DNA of 64,000 bases from Chrysomallon squamiferum (lineage: Eukaryota > Animalia > Mollusca): positions 33,294,001-33,358,000 of the forward strand of contig CM022665.1 of assembly GCA_012295275.1 (NCBI GenBank), read 5' to 3'. The notes beneath the pieces are model-generated. The model saw nothing but the letters and a program-made list of their open reading frames with translations, was not told the DNA's origin and did not search any database. Below, one piece after another: positions 1 to 15,688 of the stretch. A program made the translations under genes and the position numbers. The stretch's first letter is position 1; each line of letters starts with the position of its first letter.

Positions 1-3000
1 ATTGTTTTGAGACATTTATTTTTGCATGTCTTTGCCATGTTTTCATTATTTTGTTATCTTGATTACTGTGCTGACCAGCAGGTAATTAGTTAATCTACTA
101 ATGATTGTTGTTTCATTTATGAATGTTTAGTATTGTAAAAACAAAAAAAGTATTCACAAATACTCTTATCTGTCTTACATGATGTGAAAAATCTTGCACA
201 TGTAATTCCATGATCAACCCAACTAGCCAGAGTAACCTTTGACAGAGAACAGCGCTGGACATTCAATTATTATTTTGTTTTTGAAATATATGGATGTGGT
301 GGCCTCATAATTCTTTACTAATAGTGAATTGAATTGAATTTTAATCTGATTCTGAAAATAAATATTTTTTATTCCTTTATTTAGTTCAAAACTGCTCGAC
401 ACTTTATAGCGAAAATGAAAACCCTGTAATATCACAAAAAATGCTACAGTTTTCTCTCTCCCATGCAGGTATGCAGTGTATAGGTTATAGCAGGGTGAAG
501 AAAGACACCTACTTATGGTCAAATGATATATGAGATCAAGTGACAGCCTGTTTCTTTTTATTTTACTAGCTTCCATTTCTTTCCTTCACATGAGTGATGC
601 TGATAAAGAAAGCAGTGGGCTTTTTGGATCCAATTGTCTTTGTCATTGTAATAAAATTCTTACTTCTGTTTAGTGTTATTATCTACAGAGCAAATGAAAA
701 AAAAAAAGTGTATACCTTTTTCTGAAAGGGTTGTCACCATTTAATTTATATAGATAGTTCTAAATAATTTTCCCTGCATTTGTCAAGAAAATTGAAAACT
801 GCTTATCCTAATGTAGACTTACATTTCTTGTGCTAGTTAATAATTATTGTTGTTACTGATCATGGTGCAGCCATGCCAAAATTCAACAGTAAATGTTAAA
901 AAATTCAGAGATGAGAGAATTTTGTGCAGTTAAGAACAGAACTGTTTGCATTTGAATATGTCACAATCTCACAAATAGCTGTCAAAAACAATTAGTGATT
1001 CTGCCTCTGAATTAGCCAATTCAACTGAAATGATGATAAGTGTAACCAAATTGAAATTCCTTTAGTAATTAAGATACAAATACACTACATTCAGTCAAAA
1101 TGGGAAAGAGAATGAGATATATTAATAATATTTGACTGTTCCAACAAGTATTCACAATCCCATTGCAACTTCAGATAACTGGATTTGAAAACAGATCTAC
1201 TATTGATAATATATCCATATTCCTTTCTTGTATTTCAACAGCCACATGCTGAACAGATTCAGAAAGAATACATTGTATCTTGCACAACAAATATTTCTTT
1301 ATTGTATAATGACTAAAGCCCCCAAAAATGAACCCATACCCATTGTTTAATCTCATCAAATGTTTAAACTCATGTTTTGGAACGAAAGATGCACATTTAG
1401 CATTCTGCTTCAAAAGAACACTTTTCACTGAACATGGTTAACAGTTTTCTATACACTGAAGAGAAAAATGGCATTTGTCACTTTCACCCAGTTAACTTTG
1501 AACAGATCCAGACATAAACATACATAATTGTATTACATTATGAATTATTTAAAAGGTTAAGTTAAAAAAAAAAAAAAAAAAAAATGCTTGGGTACTTCTA
1601 GTCCGTTAACACTGTCAGTTACAAAGCACCATATTAATATACTGAAATTTTTTAATTTAGTAATTTTTTTAGTTTATATCTAAATGTACATTTTTTACTG
1701 GTACAAGTTTCAATTGAGAATCAATACTTTTTCAAAATATTCGAAAACAATCTATTTTACATACCACAAACTGGGTTATTCTTTTGCTTTATTTTGTATT
1801 GTATCAATTTTTTTATTTTATTTAGTAACTTGCGGGGGTGGAAAAAAAAAAGAAGGTAAAATAACACTAAACATACAGAGCCTTACAGATCTGATACGTA
1901 TTTATTAGAGATTCATGCTCTTGATGAAAACAGAACAATAACAATGCAAATTCCTCCCATGATAACTTGATCTGTTAACTGACTGATAATTAATTCTGTG
2001 ACCTAGAAATTAAAATGTTTCTTGGAATTATTCACTAACTTCACATTAGCCATTTTAGTACTGCTTTGATTTTCAAACATGAAATGATTATCTACCCGTT
2101 GGCCACTTACGCCAAAATGAATTGAAGAAGCCCTTGTCAGTTCCATTGAACACTACCCAGGGGATAGGTTGTACAAAACAGTGTTGCAAGCAACTAGATC
2201 AGCTTGATTATTTTAATATGTATTTGAAATGATCAAGGTTATCATGTTGAAAAGTCTTTTCAGAGATTATAACATTTTTATATATATTAATATCAGTTTA
2301 TCTTTAAGAATTTAGTTGTTCACTAACTGCAATGAGAGCTACTTGTTTTGAAACATTTATAATTTATAATACCTTGACATGTCTAAGTAAATTAATGGAA
2401 GTTCAAATGAATACTTGGAATTTTTGAACTATTATGTAATATAATCATATATATATATATGTAACTGATTCAGTATACATCATTGTGTAAGTTGAATTAC
2501 AAATAACATGTTTTTTGTGCTTCCAAATTAAAATCACTCATAACAAAACATGACAATAAATGCTGGCAAAATGACATTCAAAATTCCAAAAGTTAAACAT
2601 GTTACATCATCACACTGATTTTGTGTATTTTCTAACCACACTTGAAAATATTTGTAGATGATTGATCCACTTTGTAATGCTCCAGGGATTCTTGGGTGAT
2701 AAGTTAAACATGTTAGCTGTAATAGAGAAGTAGACAAACTCTCCTGAATCTCCCGTTTTGTTTATCACATTTTATCAGTGCATTGGAAAATTTTATACCT
2801 TTCTAGGATGACATTGTCAGACTTTTTTCCAGACTGAGTGGTTACCCTAACTCCTTGGAATAACAATGCTTTTATAAGTGACCACCTCTGGTTGAGAGAG
2901 ACGTGTATTCTTCATTTAATTCCCTATAAAATGATTTAAAACAGAACAATACATTGCAAAATTGCAAAGTTATAATAATTCAAATGTAGGTGGATAGGAA

Positions 3001-4034
3001 TGCATTTGAAAATTAACTCTTAAACAGCATGTCCTCTTGGAATGCCCTGGCAACCATGTACATTAGAAGAGGTATTTGCACTGAACTTACAGGGATGATG
3101 GAAGGGACACTTTATTAATGAAGTGATTTTCCACTTTTAAAAGTTGATACAATTCAACAATAATGACATGGTAATCACTAAAGAGTAGACCATTATTAAA
3201 AAAAAAATAATAATAATAATAATAATAATAATTAAAAAAAGTATGATTTACAAAATTCACTAAAAAAATTGAAATGGTTAAATTTTACAATCAAGTGAAG
3301 TAATTGTACTTTAATATAAATATTGGCATCCAGATGCAGAATATGACAAATAATTTATTGGGAAAAGAAAGGTATGTTAACATTCATTTTGTGATGCAAA
3401 TACATTAAATTCAATATTATTTGTGTTTTCTTTGTATAATGAAGATGGCAATAGGTTATATTAATTTATACTTAATTCTTGATGAGGAGTAAATACGTGT
3501 TGATCGGACAAACTGCAGTGAACCTAGACAGTTTTATACCACCTTCTTATATCTGAATTAGCAGCAGAAAAACAAATAGTAAAATATTAAGTAAAATTTC
3601 TGCCAACTAGGTACTGATGACCTAACTGCAAAATGGACAAAATATCACCTCAGATCTTCCAGTGATGTCCTTAACTGGCCTCATTTTTACTTTACCCAGC
3701 ACAGAACTACTTTTATTATTTTATTTAATTCATTTGTTTGTTTTGTTGTTGTTTATGTGCCTAAAAGGTATTCAATTTTATTATTCATTTTTCATATATT
3801 TTATATTTCGTACTGCTTGTTAAATAATATTATCACTTCATCTCCAAGCATTTAAAACCAAACTGATAATAACTTTATTAATATATGATAAAAATAAAAC
3901 ATTACCAAATAAAATCAGAAAGACAAGATTTCTTTAACTGGATATTTTCTATCATTAAATCTCTCCACCTGTTATTTTAGAACTTTCTCTGCACCATCTG
4001 TGTTTAATACATTCAGTATAAAAAATGTTTTTGA

Positions 4035-6605
4035 TCAAGAAAGTGGAACAGCACAGTAAATAATTGTTGGTTTTTCAATGTCAGTTTTACTCTGAATCAG
4101 TCTTAATTCCATATTAGCTGGAGTTACAGGATTCCCTTTTTCTGACATTTCTGCAAAAATAAAAAGAACTGAATAAATAAAACATTGGTTATTAGCAGTC
4201 AAACAATGAATAAATACTAACATAAAACTTAAAAGTTAAACTGATCCAGTATAAAAATCTGAGTTAAATGTAAGGATCGCAAAATGTCATTTGGAATTAA
4301 AAATGTCCAGTGGTTGTGTGCATATGCATACATGTGTGGTGCATGTGAGTTACAGCAACAATTTAGATCAAAGAGTCCTAGAAAATTCTTTCATAGTACT
4401 CCAAGTATTCAGAAGGAGTGATGATAGATTTAGTATGGGCATTTAGCCTAGGAAATGTTTCAGGACTGTAAGTGCTGTCACATTTTTGTATCACTAATTT
4501 ATTAGAGTGATTTGCAGGAGCTTCTTTTCAAACGAAATAGTGAACAAGTTATTGGGGCAGGTTTTCTTTTTGGGAAACTATTATTATTATTACCATTATT
4601 TCTTTTGTAGAAAGATGGAAATAACAAATTTGTATGCATGCACCCAGCACTCACTGTCCTATTCTGGTTTATGACCTTAAATCATTAATATTTTTGAATT
4701 ATTTTTCTTTTTTTTAAAGTCTTCAGACTAGGTGATCAGAGATGATTAAGATTCATCATAATGGTGTACATGCTGCATACTTCCATGCAAGACTTAACAG
4801 CCACTATTTTTTCTTACCCATCTAGTGATACTGTGACTTTATACTGATGTCTTATCAACTCATGGTCATGCAATACCATATCACCAGTTTAGAATTATAT
4901 CCTATCATAGCTGGTATTCATACCTGGGGACAGTCTTTAAGCAATCAAGCAGTTAGGTTATTTACAGACAATATGGCTTTGGTTGCTGTACTTAACAATC
5001 AATCTTCCTGTGATTTGAGAATGATCTGCCTGCTGCTTTCGTGAAACTTTGCAAACAACTATAACAAATCTTTGAGAGTCATCTCCGATTCACCCATCTA
5101 CCACACCCAAATGTTTTATTCACTGTTAAGGTTTTTAGTTACATGTTCACACCTTGTTTTTTCTATTTTTATAGTGCAATCATGATCTTCTTCTTTGATC
5201 ACTTTTTTGGTAATAACAATATGTTTCGCGTTCCTATTAATGATTTCTATTACTTTTATTTATCACAATTCATACACTGTATATATATATTTTTTTTTGA
5301 CATCATGTCTATTGGTGTACAGTCCACTCTATAGTAATGGAGGATTTTACCTCTGAGTTTTTACTTCCAAGACTACAGGCAGTATGTGCCACCGTTCTTA
5401 CAGTATTGTTTAAAATACAAAGAATATTTTCTAACATATTCTTTGGCATTATGTTTGCCACACCATCACTCAAAATATAGCCCTTTTGGAGCACCAGATT
5501 TTAATATATCTACTTTAGGTTAAGGTCAAATCAAGACAAATACTGTAAAAAGGTACTTCAGTAGAAATGTATTTGCTGTCAATTTTTCCCTCAGTATACT
5601 TAAAAATTCCCTCACCTCATATTTATTGCTTAATTTGGTCACAGTAAAATATAGTAATAACAAAGTTTGATAATTAGTAATGCAGGCATCTTCTTAGGTG
5701 TAACAGTTACTCAGAGGCCGATTGTGAAAGTGCAGTCAGGGAATAAATACTGTATTCACTATGCCCAAATCATAATGGTGGGCATCTCTGCAAACATTTT
5801 AGCTTTTTCAACTGGTTTAGATAATTACATTCCTCCAAATGGCTTATCCTTCTTTAAAATAAAAAAAACAATTGCTGGTGCCAGCAAGGCACAGAGAAAG
5901 CCTATCACCCAAAATGAAGCTGCATAAATTCAGTCTACTGATGGTACTTAGAATAAAGCAATAACACTTCCTGTGAAAATATTTATTTACATATTTAAAT
6001 AGTTCACAAAAACACACACACACACACACACACACACGTATATAGTATCTGTCCAAGTTATTGTTTTATTAGTCTTTACTAATAACAAAAGCATCAAATA
6101 AAACCATCATTTGGAAGTGTCTTCCCCACTACCACAAATGCAATAACCAATATGAATTTTTTTTTACTACTCCAAGTATGTAAAATGAAAATAAGCATAT
6201 CAAAATTCTGGATACTTGATAAAATATTTTATTTCTGGTAATGAAACTTATTTTGTCTTGTTTTTACTGGTTTTTGCTGTTGGTAGTTTTTTTTTTTTTT
6301 TTTTTTTAACTTTAATCTTCCAGTAAATACAATACCCATTATTTAAATGGTTTGTTCATTGTTCAGAATATTTCTAAACAGTTAATTCTAAAATATAACA
6401 ATATATTAAGAAAGTTATAGATACTGAGACAGAATTATATGTTTAAAGGCATGTGATAGTAGTATATAACACAAATACAAATAATTTACCTTTTGCATGT
6501 TCAACAGTTCGTTTAATTACTGCTTGTACCACTGCAACAGTCTTCTCAAAAGCAAGCTATGTATACCAAAAATTAAAAAAAAATAAAGAAAAAATATTAT
6601 TTATA

Positions 6606-6655
<50 letters not shown>

Positions 6656-7403
6656 TATAATTATTATTATTAATCAATTAGTCAACTTTTTATTTATAAA
6701 ACTATTATTATCACAAAATGTAATATTTTCTTATAAAACAAATGAATAATATTGTTTTTATTTTTATTTGAAATTATGAAGCTCTGTAACTGTTTACACT
6801 ACTTTTATAAATACACCTTTAAATTATTATCTCTGTCCATCCATGCCAACATGTTGGCTGCAAATAGGTCTCCAGTCCCTACAAAAATCCCTGAAAGAAG
6901 TGGAATTTCTATCTTGTACCTTTCCAGTGAAATTCCTTTTAAAAAAAAGTAAAAAAAGAAGAAAAATAAATTCAAAAGCCAGGTAATAATTAAATGTAGT
7001 AATAAATATATTAATAGTGAAATAAATTTATAATACAAATTATTTGTGACAGTGTATATCTCAGTCCTGTTAAGGATGCTATGACTGTAAAACATATTAT
7101 GATATAATGTGTCACAGCAAAATTGTGTTGATAAATGGAGCTAACAAGAATTCAATTTATATTTGGAAACTTGTAAACTATCATTTGGTAATTAATGAAT
7201 GTTACAATAGAAAAATCAGAATATTTTTAAATTATGATACAAATTATCAAGATTTAAAAAAGGTAAATTTTAAATGTATCAGAGATCATTTAGAAAGAAC
7301 TCATGTTGTATGTTAAACCTTCCAATCTACTTCTGGGATCCCTTATTGCATCATTCATAGTGAATGAACACTTGTTCTCAGGCAAACTTATATGAATCTC
7401 ACG

Positions 7404-7442
<39 letters not shown>

Positions 7443-9313
7443 TAATTTACCATCATTTTCACTGGCAATACAAAGTAGATTTCCATCAGCACCCAAAAGT
7501 CCACTGCTTAAAACAACAGTTTTTACTCCCTTGTTGTGAAGCATGTCAATGGCTTTTACAGCATTTTCTACATTTTTGACTGTTACACCAGTCAGCAGTC
7601 TGAAAACAGATATGAATAAATTAATACTTAATGACACCCCAAAACAAAAAAATATATTGGCTATTGGGTGTCAAACAAATATACTAAAATGACAGATATT
7701 TTCTTTATAAAAAATTCAAAATTAAAATTAGTCAAAACATAGTGGAAAGAGCTGTGCAAAAAGTATCACACTATATTTAAATTATAATTTATGGTAAAAT
7801 TCTGTAATTTTCTGAAATTTCGAAACAAATTCAGGAAGGAAAACAGATATGCTGATGTATATAATATTACATATATGTTTACAACAAACTCAGGTACACT
7901 AATGATTCAAATGTAATATTCACAAATTACAAATCTCAGAATCCATAACAGGTTCAAAAACAAGAAATCAACTTTTTTACATGTGAACATGTACTAGTGA
8001 AGTCAAACCTCTACAGGCAATGATATTAACATAATCACAAGAAATATCTGGATGCCTTCATCCAACTTTCTATGACAGGCCACTCTTGAGTTCCCAAACA
8101 ATTTTACATCTACACAACCACCTAGTCAACACGGTCATCAATCCACAATTTGTTTGATACAAAAAATGCTAGTACAGCCATTTTTGTTGTTGTTATTATT
8201 ATTGTTTTTTGTGGTGTTTTTTCTTTTTCTGGGGGGTGTTGTTGCATGTTATCTGGAAATGTTAAATAACATCAGATTTTTTCAGTGTTTTATTTCTATT
8301 AGCTTTGATGAACTGTTATCTTTTATATAAAGGTTGTCAGTAGTCTTGCTAGAGCTTAAGTACAGGTAATTAGTGGCAATTAGTAGTGCATGCCAAAAAT
8401 TGGATGTAGAATATTTTTGGTTTTGTTCTAATGCAAATATTTTGTTTAAAAGTTTCAAACCTACATATGACGTATGCGGCCTCCACCTTTCTATGGCAGC
8501 CACTTTTGCTTGATTACATTAAGACCTATCACTGGTGGAAAAACAGCAATTTCCATCTGTCAGAGCTGTTCTTCACAAGAAGATATATGGGCTATATAAG
8601 TGACTGCCACAGACAGATTTAACTGTATATTAAAGTAATAAAATGATAAACATATTATTTTAGATCTTTTGCATCAGAATAAGTTTCTTAGTTAATCAAC
8701 AAATCCTACTAGTTTATATTAAATCAAGAAAAATATAATTATTAAAATCCAGTAAAACTATACTGATATTGTATAACAGAAATTGTTTATCTATGTTGTT
8801 AATACTCATTTTTCAGTATTACTATGATAATGGAGTTTCTTTTCATATTATTACACTTACTGCTTACAAACATAATTCCAACTGTGATAACTGTTTCGCT
8901 GGGGTTTAGTGGACTGAGTGTGCTGAAAGGACAAATTTCCTATTTCTTTTGTTTTATTAAACGTTACATATATATATATATATTTTTTTTTTTTGTAATA
9001 GTTTATACCTATAATGTATATTAGATTTCATCTGGATATAGCTCTTTAAAATAAATTTAATTTTTTTCCCTTTTCAAATTAACAAAATATCTTTCCACGA
9101 AAAAGAAAACTTACTCAAGTTCAAACTGGTTTGGAGTAACAATATCAGCTAATGGAATAATAACATCTCTGTAAACAGGAAGCAGATCTTCTGGTACATA
9201 CTACAGAAAAAAAAAGAGAAAAAACCCACACACACATGAGTATGTGATTCAGGGAGTAAGGGGCAATAGTCCTCCCAATTTATGACTCAGTGGTGGGTTA
9301 AAATTAAACAATT

Positions 9314-9346
<33 letters not shown>

Positions 9347-9349
9347 ATA

Positions 9350-9389
<40 letters not shown>

Positions 9390-12300
9390 CATGCATAAAT
9401 CTCATATATACATACACTAGAATAACCCTAAAAAAGGTTGTAAAAATCATCACAAGATGTATCTGGTAGGCACTTGAAAATGTAGTGCTGAAAAGAACAC
9501 AGGAAAAGCTTCACAATAATACCAGATTTTTAACAATCCACCAACCCAAATAAAATTGTTTTTTAATTTTTGATATGACCATTTAGAAAATGTACATAAA
9601 AAATTTACTTTTTCAGATAAATGTTTCAGTTTTTTTAAAACATATTATCTAATAATGTTACACAACATCAACCCTGTAGGCATAATAAGTCAAAATATGG
9701 TTCATGAAACCTCATTTATTTTTTTTATCACTTATCTTTTTTTTTGTACTACCCTAAATTTTTGGAAAGATGCTTATAAAAACTATTTGTGTTAGAGTTT
9801 CCAAAATTGGAATACATACATTTAAAAACAAGCACTAAAAAATGACAGAAAGAAGATCTTGGAAAAATTAACTATTCTTTTCATATAACCTTTATACAAT
9901 GTTTTGTTGTTTCAAAATACAAATGAAAAACATTATTAAGTATGTAATATAAACAAAGACTAATTTCTTTCCGTTATTTTGCAGAAATACATGTCTATGA
10001 TGAACCTTGTTTGATTTGGAGAAGTTCATGAAATTTAAAAAAAAGACAAAAATAAAAGCAACCATTTGTCCATGAAAAAATAAACAGGTACTAGTTTTTT
10101 ATGGTAACAAAAGGGGATTATTTCCATAAAGTTTCAATTCTGTAACATGAAAAGTAACAATTTTTTTTTTGCCCCACGTGTGTCCCCTTAAAGCAAAATA
10201 CATTAGGACAATGATCAAGAAATGTGGCAATGTCACCAAATCAATGTTTAAATTTTCCTAATGCATTTGACATGCTACTTGGATTGGGATGGTAAACAAA
10301 CTGCAGGTGCTTTATCTCCATCAAATGTCAACAGACAATTAGAAAGAAACTACAGAACATGCTTAAACATAAATTTAGTATGATGAGAGTATTACCTGAA
10401 ACTCAATTCAAAAGTAGAGTGTTCAGCCATAAATTATTTCAAAACTGGCACCCACTGGTGGCAATCAACAATGCAGAGCTAGCTGCAACAACTGCATTTT
10501 GGCATCTGTCATGGATTTCCAAGTGCCTATAGTTGGCTTGTCAAATTAACCAGTTTCATCTTTTTAATAGCCAATGAAGCACCTTTTATTTTAAGACTTT
10601 TGGGTCAGTTTATTTGTCTAATTTCAGGTACAGGACATACACAGAACAGAATAACTGCCTGTAAAAGTCGTTTTTTCAATAAAATTAGTCACCAAACTGT
10701 TTATAAACATTTAAAAACATGTACAACATGTGCTTTTCCAAAACTCCCTTGAGTTAAAAAATAAAATAAAAAAAATAAAATAAAAAAGTAAAAGATCCCT
10801 TGTTGACTATCAGTAAAAAGTAGCTATTAAGGTACAGAAAGACAAAACTGATTAAACTGACAAGCCAAGTAATCTATATTTTATAAGTCCTTTTTTTACA
10901 TACCACATCTTGATGATGACAGAAATAAAGAAAAAAATGAGGGGAAAAATAACCTTGTAATAGTTTTATCCCCATAAATACATACCATTTTGCCATTATC
11001 TCCCATAACAGGATCACATACTGCAAAATATAAAAATGCAATTAATTCTCTTTTCAAAAATAATAATAATGTTTCTATGTTCTATGTATACTGATTGAAA
11101 TTGCAAATACTTATTCTCTCCAGTCTATTGTACCAAAATTGTTTACCACATCTCAATTACTTACCATATATCAACTTTGGATTGCAGCTTCTTATATCAT
11201 TAATAATTTCCACAACCCTTTCCAGAAATGATTTGGAACCAATGTATCCTGAAAGTGAAATGCAAATGTTGAATGATTATAAATTTTTAAAAATCAGTTT
11301 GTTTTCATTGCTTTATCAAAAATGTTTGATACCATCAGTCATTTATATGAATATATCTGCCATGTAAATGTAATTTTAAAAGCAGCTTGTTATGTCAGTT
11401 CAGCTCTTCATATCTTTTATGGAAAGCATACTAAAGAAGAAGAATATATTAAATGATTAATGTAATCTTCTTGATATATGTCAAGTTATTTAATATATAA
11501 ATTACATGTTGAATACTGAAAACAAAAACTACTTACCTGTTAAAATGTGAGAAAAATTTAGAATATTGTTCATTCTTAAGCCATCATACAGGTCACTGAC
11601 ATCCTTATCATCCAAAATTTGACCTTTGAACACCTTGTAACCTGTAAAAGTAAATACAATAATATTTAAATATATCTGTTTTAACTATTATGTTCCTGCT
11701 ATATATCTGTCCTTTATGCAAGCTTAAACCACCTGAACTTAAGCTATCTTAAATGGAATGGAGTGTTTCAATGGTTCCTGTTAAACGGTTAATTTTTAGC
11801 ATTCAAATGATGTTACAACAAAAGTCTGAGACGTATAATGTTTACTGTATATTACTGTATTAGAAATCTGTCACTGAAATGTTTCCTTTCAGTTTGATAT
11901 TGCCTGTCTTTTCTTTATTTATTCTGAATGTATTTGATTATTTCTTCAGTGGGGTTCTAGTATTATCAGATTCAAGAGAAATAATCTTGTGATAAATAAT
12001 AGTACATCCTTGCTCTCAAGGACTGACTGCTTCCGCTTGTATGCAGTACTGAATAACCAGTTAAACCATATAAATAAATTACTACTTTAATCATATATGT
12101 ATGAAAGATAGTTTAACAAAATATTACAATATTAAACTACTGTAAAGAGCTGCAATCAAGGCCTTTTTTCTCTTTTTTTCTTCCTTAAATTGAATGGAAG
12201 GAATATTCATTAATAGCTATATTTGGTATTAAATTCTAAAATTAAACTGTGTTAATTTATACTTAAAACAACTGGTTTTCTGAATTGCCTCAGTGAAAAA

Positions 12301-13807
12301 CTCTATTCACTTAATTCAATTTGGCTAACACTTGCCCATGCCATTTCAAGATGATATTTATAGCTATTCTGCAGTTTTTCTGAAAACATTAAATGTTTAA
12401 CAGATACTGGTTTCAATCTCTTAGACACTGATCTGTAAGTAAATGTATTAGGACTACTTTCTTATCCATTTGAGCCAGAATATGACAGAAACAATCTGCC
12501 ATTCCAAACGGTTATTCATCCTGTTGAATGTGAACAGAAATGATGAAAAGCTACTCACAACTTTTGAAAGCTAGTAAGAAATTCTTAATGGATCTTAGGT
12601 ATGGCAATAGAAAATCTCAACCAATTAACATTTTTTTTGTTTTTTGTAATCTGTCTAGATATTTTCAGCAGTAATCTTTTACTTATGTAATGGCTACCTC
12701 AGTTGCCCATAAACGTGCAAATCTATATTGGAAATGTTGTTAAAAGGATGACACATTTGTTAGGGAAATGAAGATACAATTTTTTCTTCTTTACCATGTT
12801 GGTCAGTCTTCTGCAAATTCATGGATAGTTCTAATATCTTTTAGTTCCTTTTTGCATTTAAAACATCTTTTGGGGTACCATTATTTGTTGTGTTATTCAT
12901 ACAGACATTAGTAAAGCTTTTGGCTAAGAGTTTTTCACATTATGTGATGTTAGTTTGATGATGTTTTTTCGATTCAGGGCTACACATCAGTTACTGAGCA
13001 AAACCTTTTAAAGTAACATGTAGATATCAAAAAATAATAAAATGTTTTTTATGATTGCTGCACTTTAAGCAGATTTTTGAAAATAAGTTAAATACCTGTA
13101 TGGTTCGAAAACTGAACAGAATTGATAGTGCTCACATCAAAGCCTAGTAACTGAAATAACAAAAATGTTAAAAATAAATAAATATTACTACTACTGCTAA
13201 CAACAACAATAATAATAATGATAATAAAGTTAAATATTTACAAAGTGTTGATAAAAACAAAAATCTTTCTGGCACAGTAATGCATTTTATTCAAAAATAG
13301 TTTATTAACCTCTGGTACACACTATTCATAAAGTGTATCATAACTGGAATGAAGATCTCTGTAGAATTTGTCTTTTACATTTATTTTGACAAATACTATT
13401 ATTCATTACTATTTATATGCCAGATGATGAGATATATGGTACTATATTTTTTAAATTAATATTTATTAGTTATGTACAGACAAGATTCTAATTGCAACAA
13501 CATTTCAAATGTATTTCAGTTGTAAAATCTGCCAAAAAAAATAAATTGCCTCCCTTCAGAAAAGAAAACTTATCTCAGGTTTTTAAAATCTGAACAATTT
13601 TTTTTCTTTTGGAGTAAAGGATAGTTTATTGTTATAGGTATACAAGATATATGTATTTCTAACACACAAAGTTCACATAAAATTATGATTACAATTTAGA
13701 GTACTGATTAGCATTTACATGTTCCTTATTAAGATGTTATTTTTTATATTTCTTAGGATAAACAAACATCTAGTAAGCCTATATTACTGTTTGGAAATGC
13801 AATATAA

Positions 13808-13846
<39 letters not shown>

Positions 13847-15688
13847 CCATGAATTGTCAATCTGCACCATCTTAAGATTACACTGTGAATTGTTATATTC
13901 AGTAAAATGCACAGCTTTCTTGCAACTGCACAAGGCACCTCCTGCACATTTTACTGGTGCTGCACTATCTTGCAATGCTGTCTTCATATGTACCGTTAGT
14001 GTTCTAGATCTAAGCCTAATCAAAAACTATGTGAACAGCTGTAAATATTACCTCCCTCCTGATTCTGAAAGCATTTAGACTGCATATGGAATGCAAACAT
14101 AGTATTAAATTTAATGTTTTAATATATTAATTGTATGTATCACAAATAAAAGAATAAACTAATGGTAACAGATCACCAACTACAAAGAAATGCAATTAAA
14201 TCTCTGAACACATCACTGAGATCAAAGGATGTCAATTACAGTGTAACTGGAACATGACATAAATTCACTTCCTCTTTTGATCACAGAGATCAAATTAATG
14301 ATCAAGTTATTTTTTAAAGAGAATGCAAATTGGCAAATTACAACACATATATAGGCTTCTAATTTCTGAAGTCACAGCAAGTATTGTTGTGGGGATAACA
14401 AGAAATGTTACACAGCAGTGAGCAACCTGGCCAAATATGGAACATAATGGAATAATTGCATGATTATCACATTATTGATTATATAAATAGGAGTTGTCAT
14501 TACTGCAAAACTGGAAATTAATAAATAACTAAAGCTGTACCATTATTATCTTCCTATTGATCCATGTTTAAATCTGTTGTATAAGTTTATCTACCTGCTG
14601 TAAACTGACATTCCTGCAAAAGGAATCTGATTATCCTTTCTCGTCACATTCTTAACTTATAGAAATTTCCTGGAAATGTTTGGCTGTAGATCACATACTA
14701 AAGTAGCACCCATTTTTCATACGAAAGCTATCAAACAGATTGTAATATTATTTTAATGCACTTTTTTTTCTTCCCTCTCTCTCTCTTCCTCATGGTATGT
14801 AACCTTGTGGGAAAATAATATTTTTGCAATTTGTCACAACCCTTTACAGAAATGAAATATTGATTAAAAGAGGCAAGAGCAAACGAATTGTTCTGTAAAT
14901 AAGGACATCAATGATGTCATTTCGGTTAGGCAATAGCGTGGGTCAACAAAAAATCTCTGGTCAGAAATCGACAGTGAAGGGCAACCAAGTGACCAGTAAA
15001 CCCACAGCATATATTAAAATATTATGTAAAATGTTTGGGTTTTATTATGTATAAACTATAATCTTATGGAAATGTAATGGTTTCATCGATTCGGGATGAA
15101 GAGCTATTTTCTCTGAATTTCAAATGACAACAACTCAGCTAGAAACTTCAAAACCTACCGTCAGTTTGCAGTTGAAATGTTTTAGTAATAAATGTATTTA
15201 ATTTTGGACAAAAACTATAGGCTGATTGATGTGCGATGATTGGTTGAACTTGAGAAGAAAAAAAATAAAAAAAAATAAAATTATTATCAAACGTATCACA
15301 TGAAGAATTGAAAAATGACATGGACAAGGGACATATTCCTCACATTTTATCAAGACATCCCCGATAAAAATAACTCCGTCGAACCGACGAAAAACGTGCA
15401 TTTCGGGGATAGCTCTCTGCACACTCAGAACGCTCCTAATACTTCTAATAGGTACGATCGGAAAAAATGACGTTACCAGTTGGCAGAGTTGCCTAAATTA
15501 AATATGGAATCTATCTACTCTGCTCTAGTCATCGTATCTGGTCATTATATCACTATGTGCAGTGATTGCAGCACAACACAGGCAGTGATATACATACATA
15601 CCTGGAGTGGAAATGATGCACTTTTATTTCCAACATATCCCCAAACAACTGAACTCTGAATTGACAATACAGTTTTGTCGGAAAACAT
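4035..15688 (-). CDS. PDXK: Pyridoxal kinase (ribokinase/PfkB fold), 10 coding exons, 300 aa
   Basis: Manually spliced exons (minus): 15602-15688 MFSDKTVLSIQSSVVWGYVGNKSASFPLQ; 13096-13150 LLGFDVSTINSVQFSNHTG; 11537-11641 YKVFKGQIL..FSHILTG; 11165-11248 YIGSKSFL; 10986-11020 VCDPVMGDNGKM; 9115-9200 YVPEDLLPVYR..TPNQFELE; 7451-7599; 6817-6935 FVGTGDLFAA (anion hole and catalytic Asp); 6490-6556; 4035-4150 ELRLIQSKTDIEKP..stop. All introns are GT-AG, phases are consistent, total 903 nt. Confidence 0.97.
4847..5044 (+). mobile_element. Decayed DIRS/Ngaro-type retroelement RNase H fragment in the last PDXK intron
   Basis: Translation HITSLELYPIIAGIHTWGQSLSNQAVRLFTDNMALVAVLNNQSS fits the DIRS RNase H pattern (ELxPI..W......TDN.A.V..IN..TS). 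A further fragment near 5780-5900 (SFFKIKKTIAG) may belong to the same element. Family assigned from memory. Confidence 0.7.

Noticed and set aside
223-3100. ORFs 223-576, 1171-1428 and nearby peptides faintly resembling hAT transposase pieces (KIKRNRLS, VTDHGAAM)
   Set aside because: No coherent spliced frame and the pieces lie on different strands. Possibly very old transposon debris, but I cannot support a call.
15602-15688. PDXK has QSSVV where many orthologues have QSHVV
   Set aside because: This position varies among B6 kinases, and the substrate-binding Ser, DPVMGD and GTGD motifs are intact.
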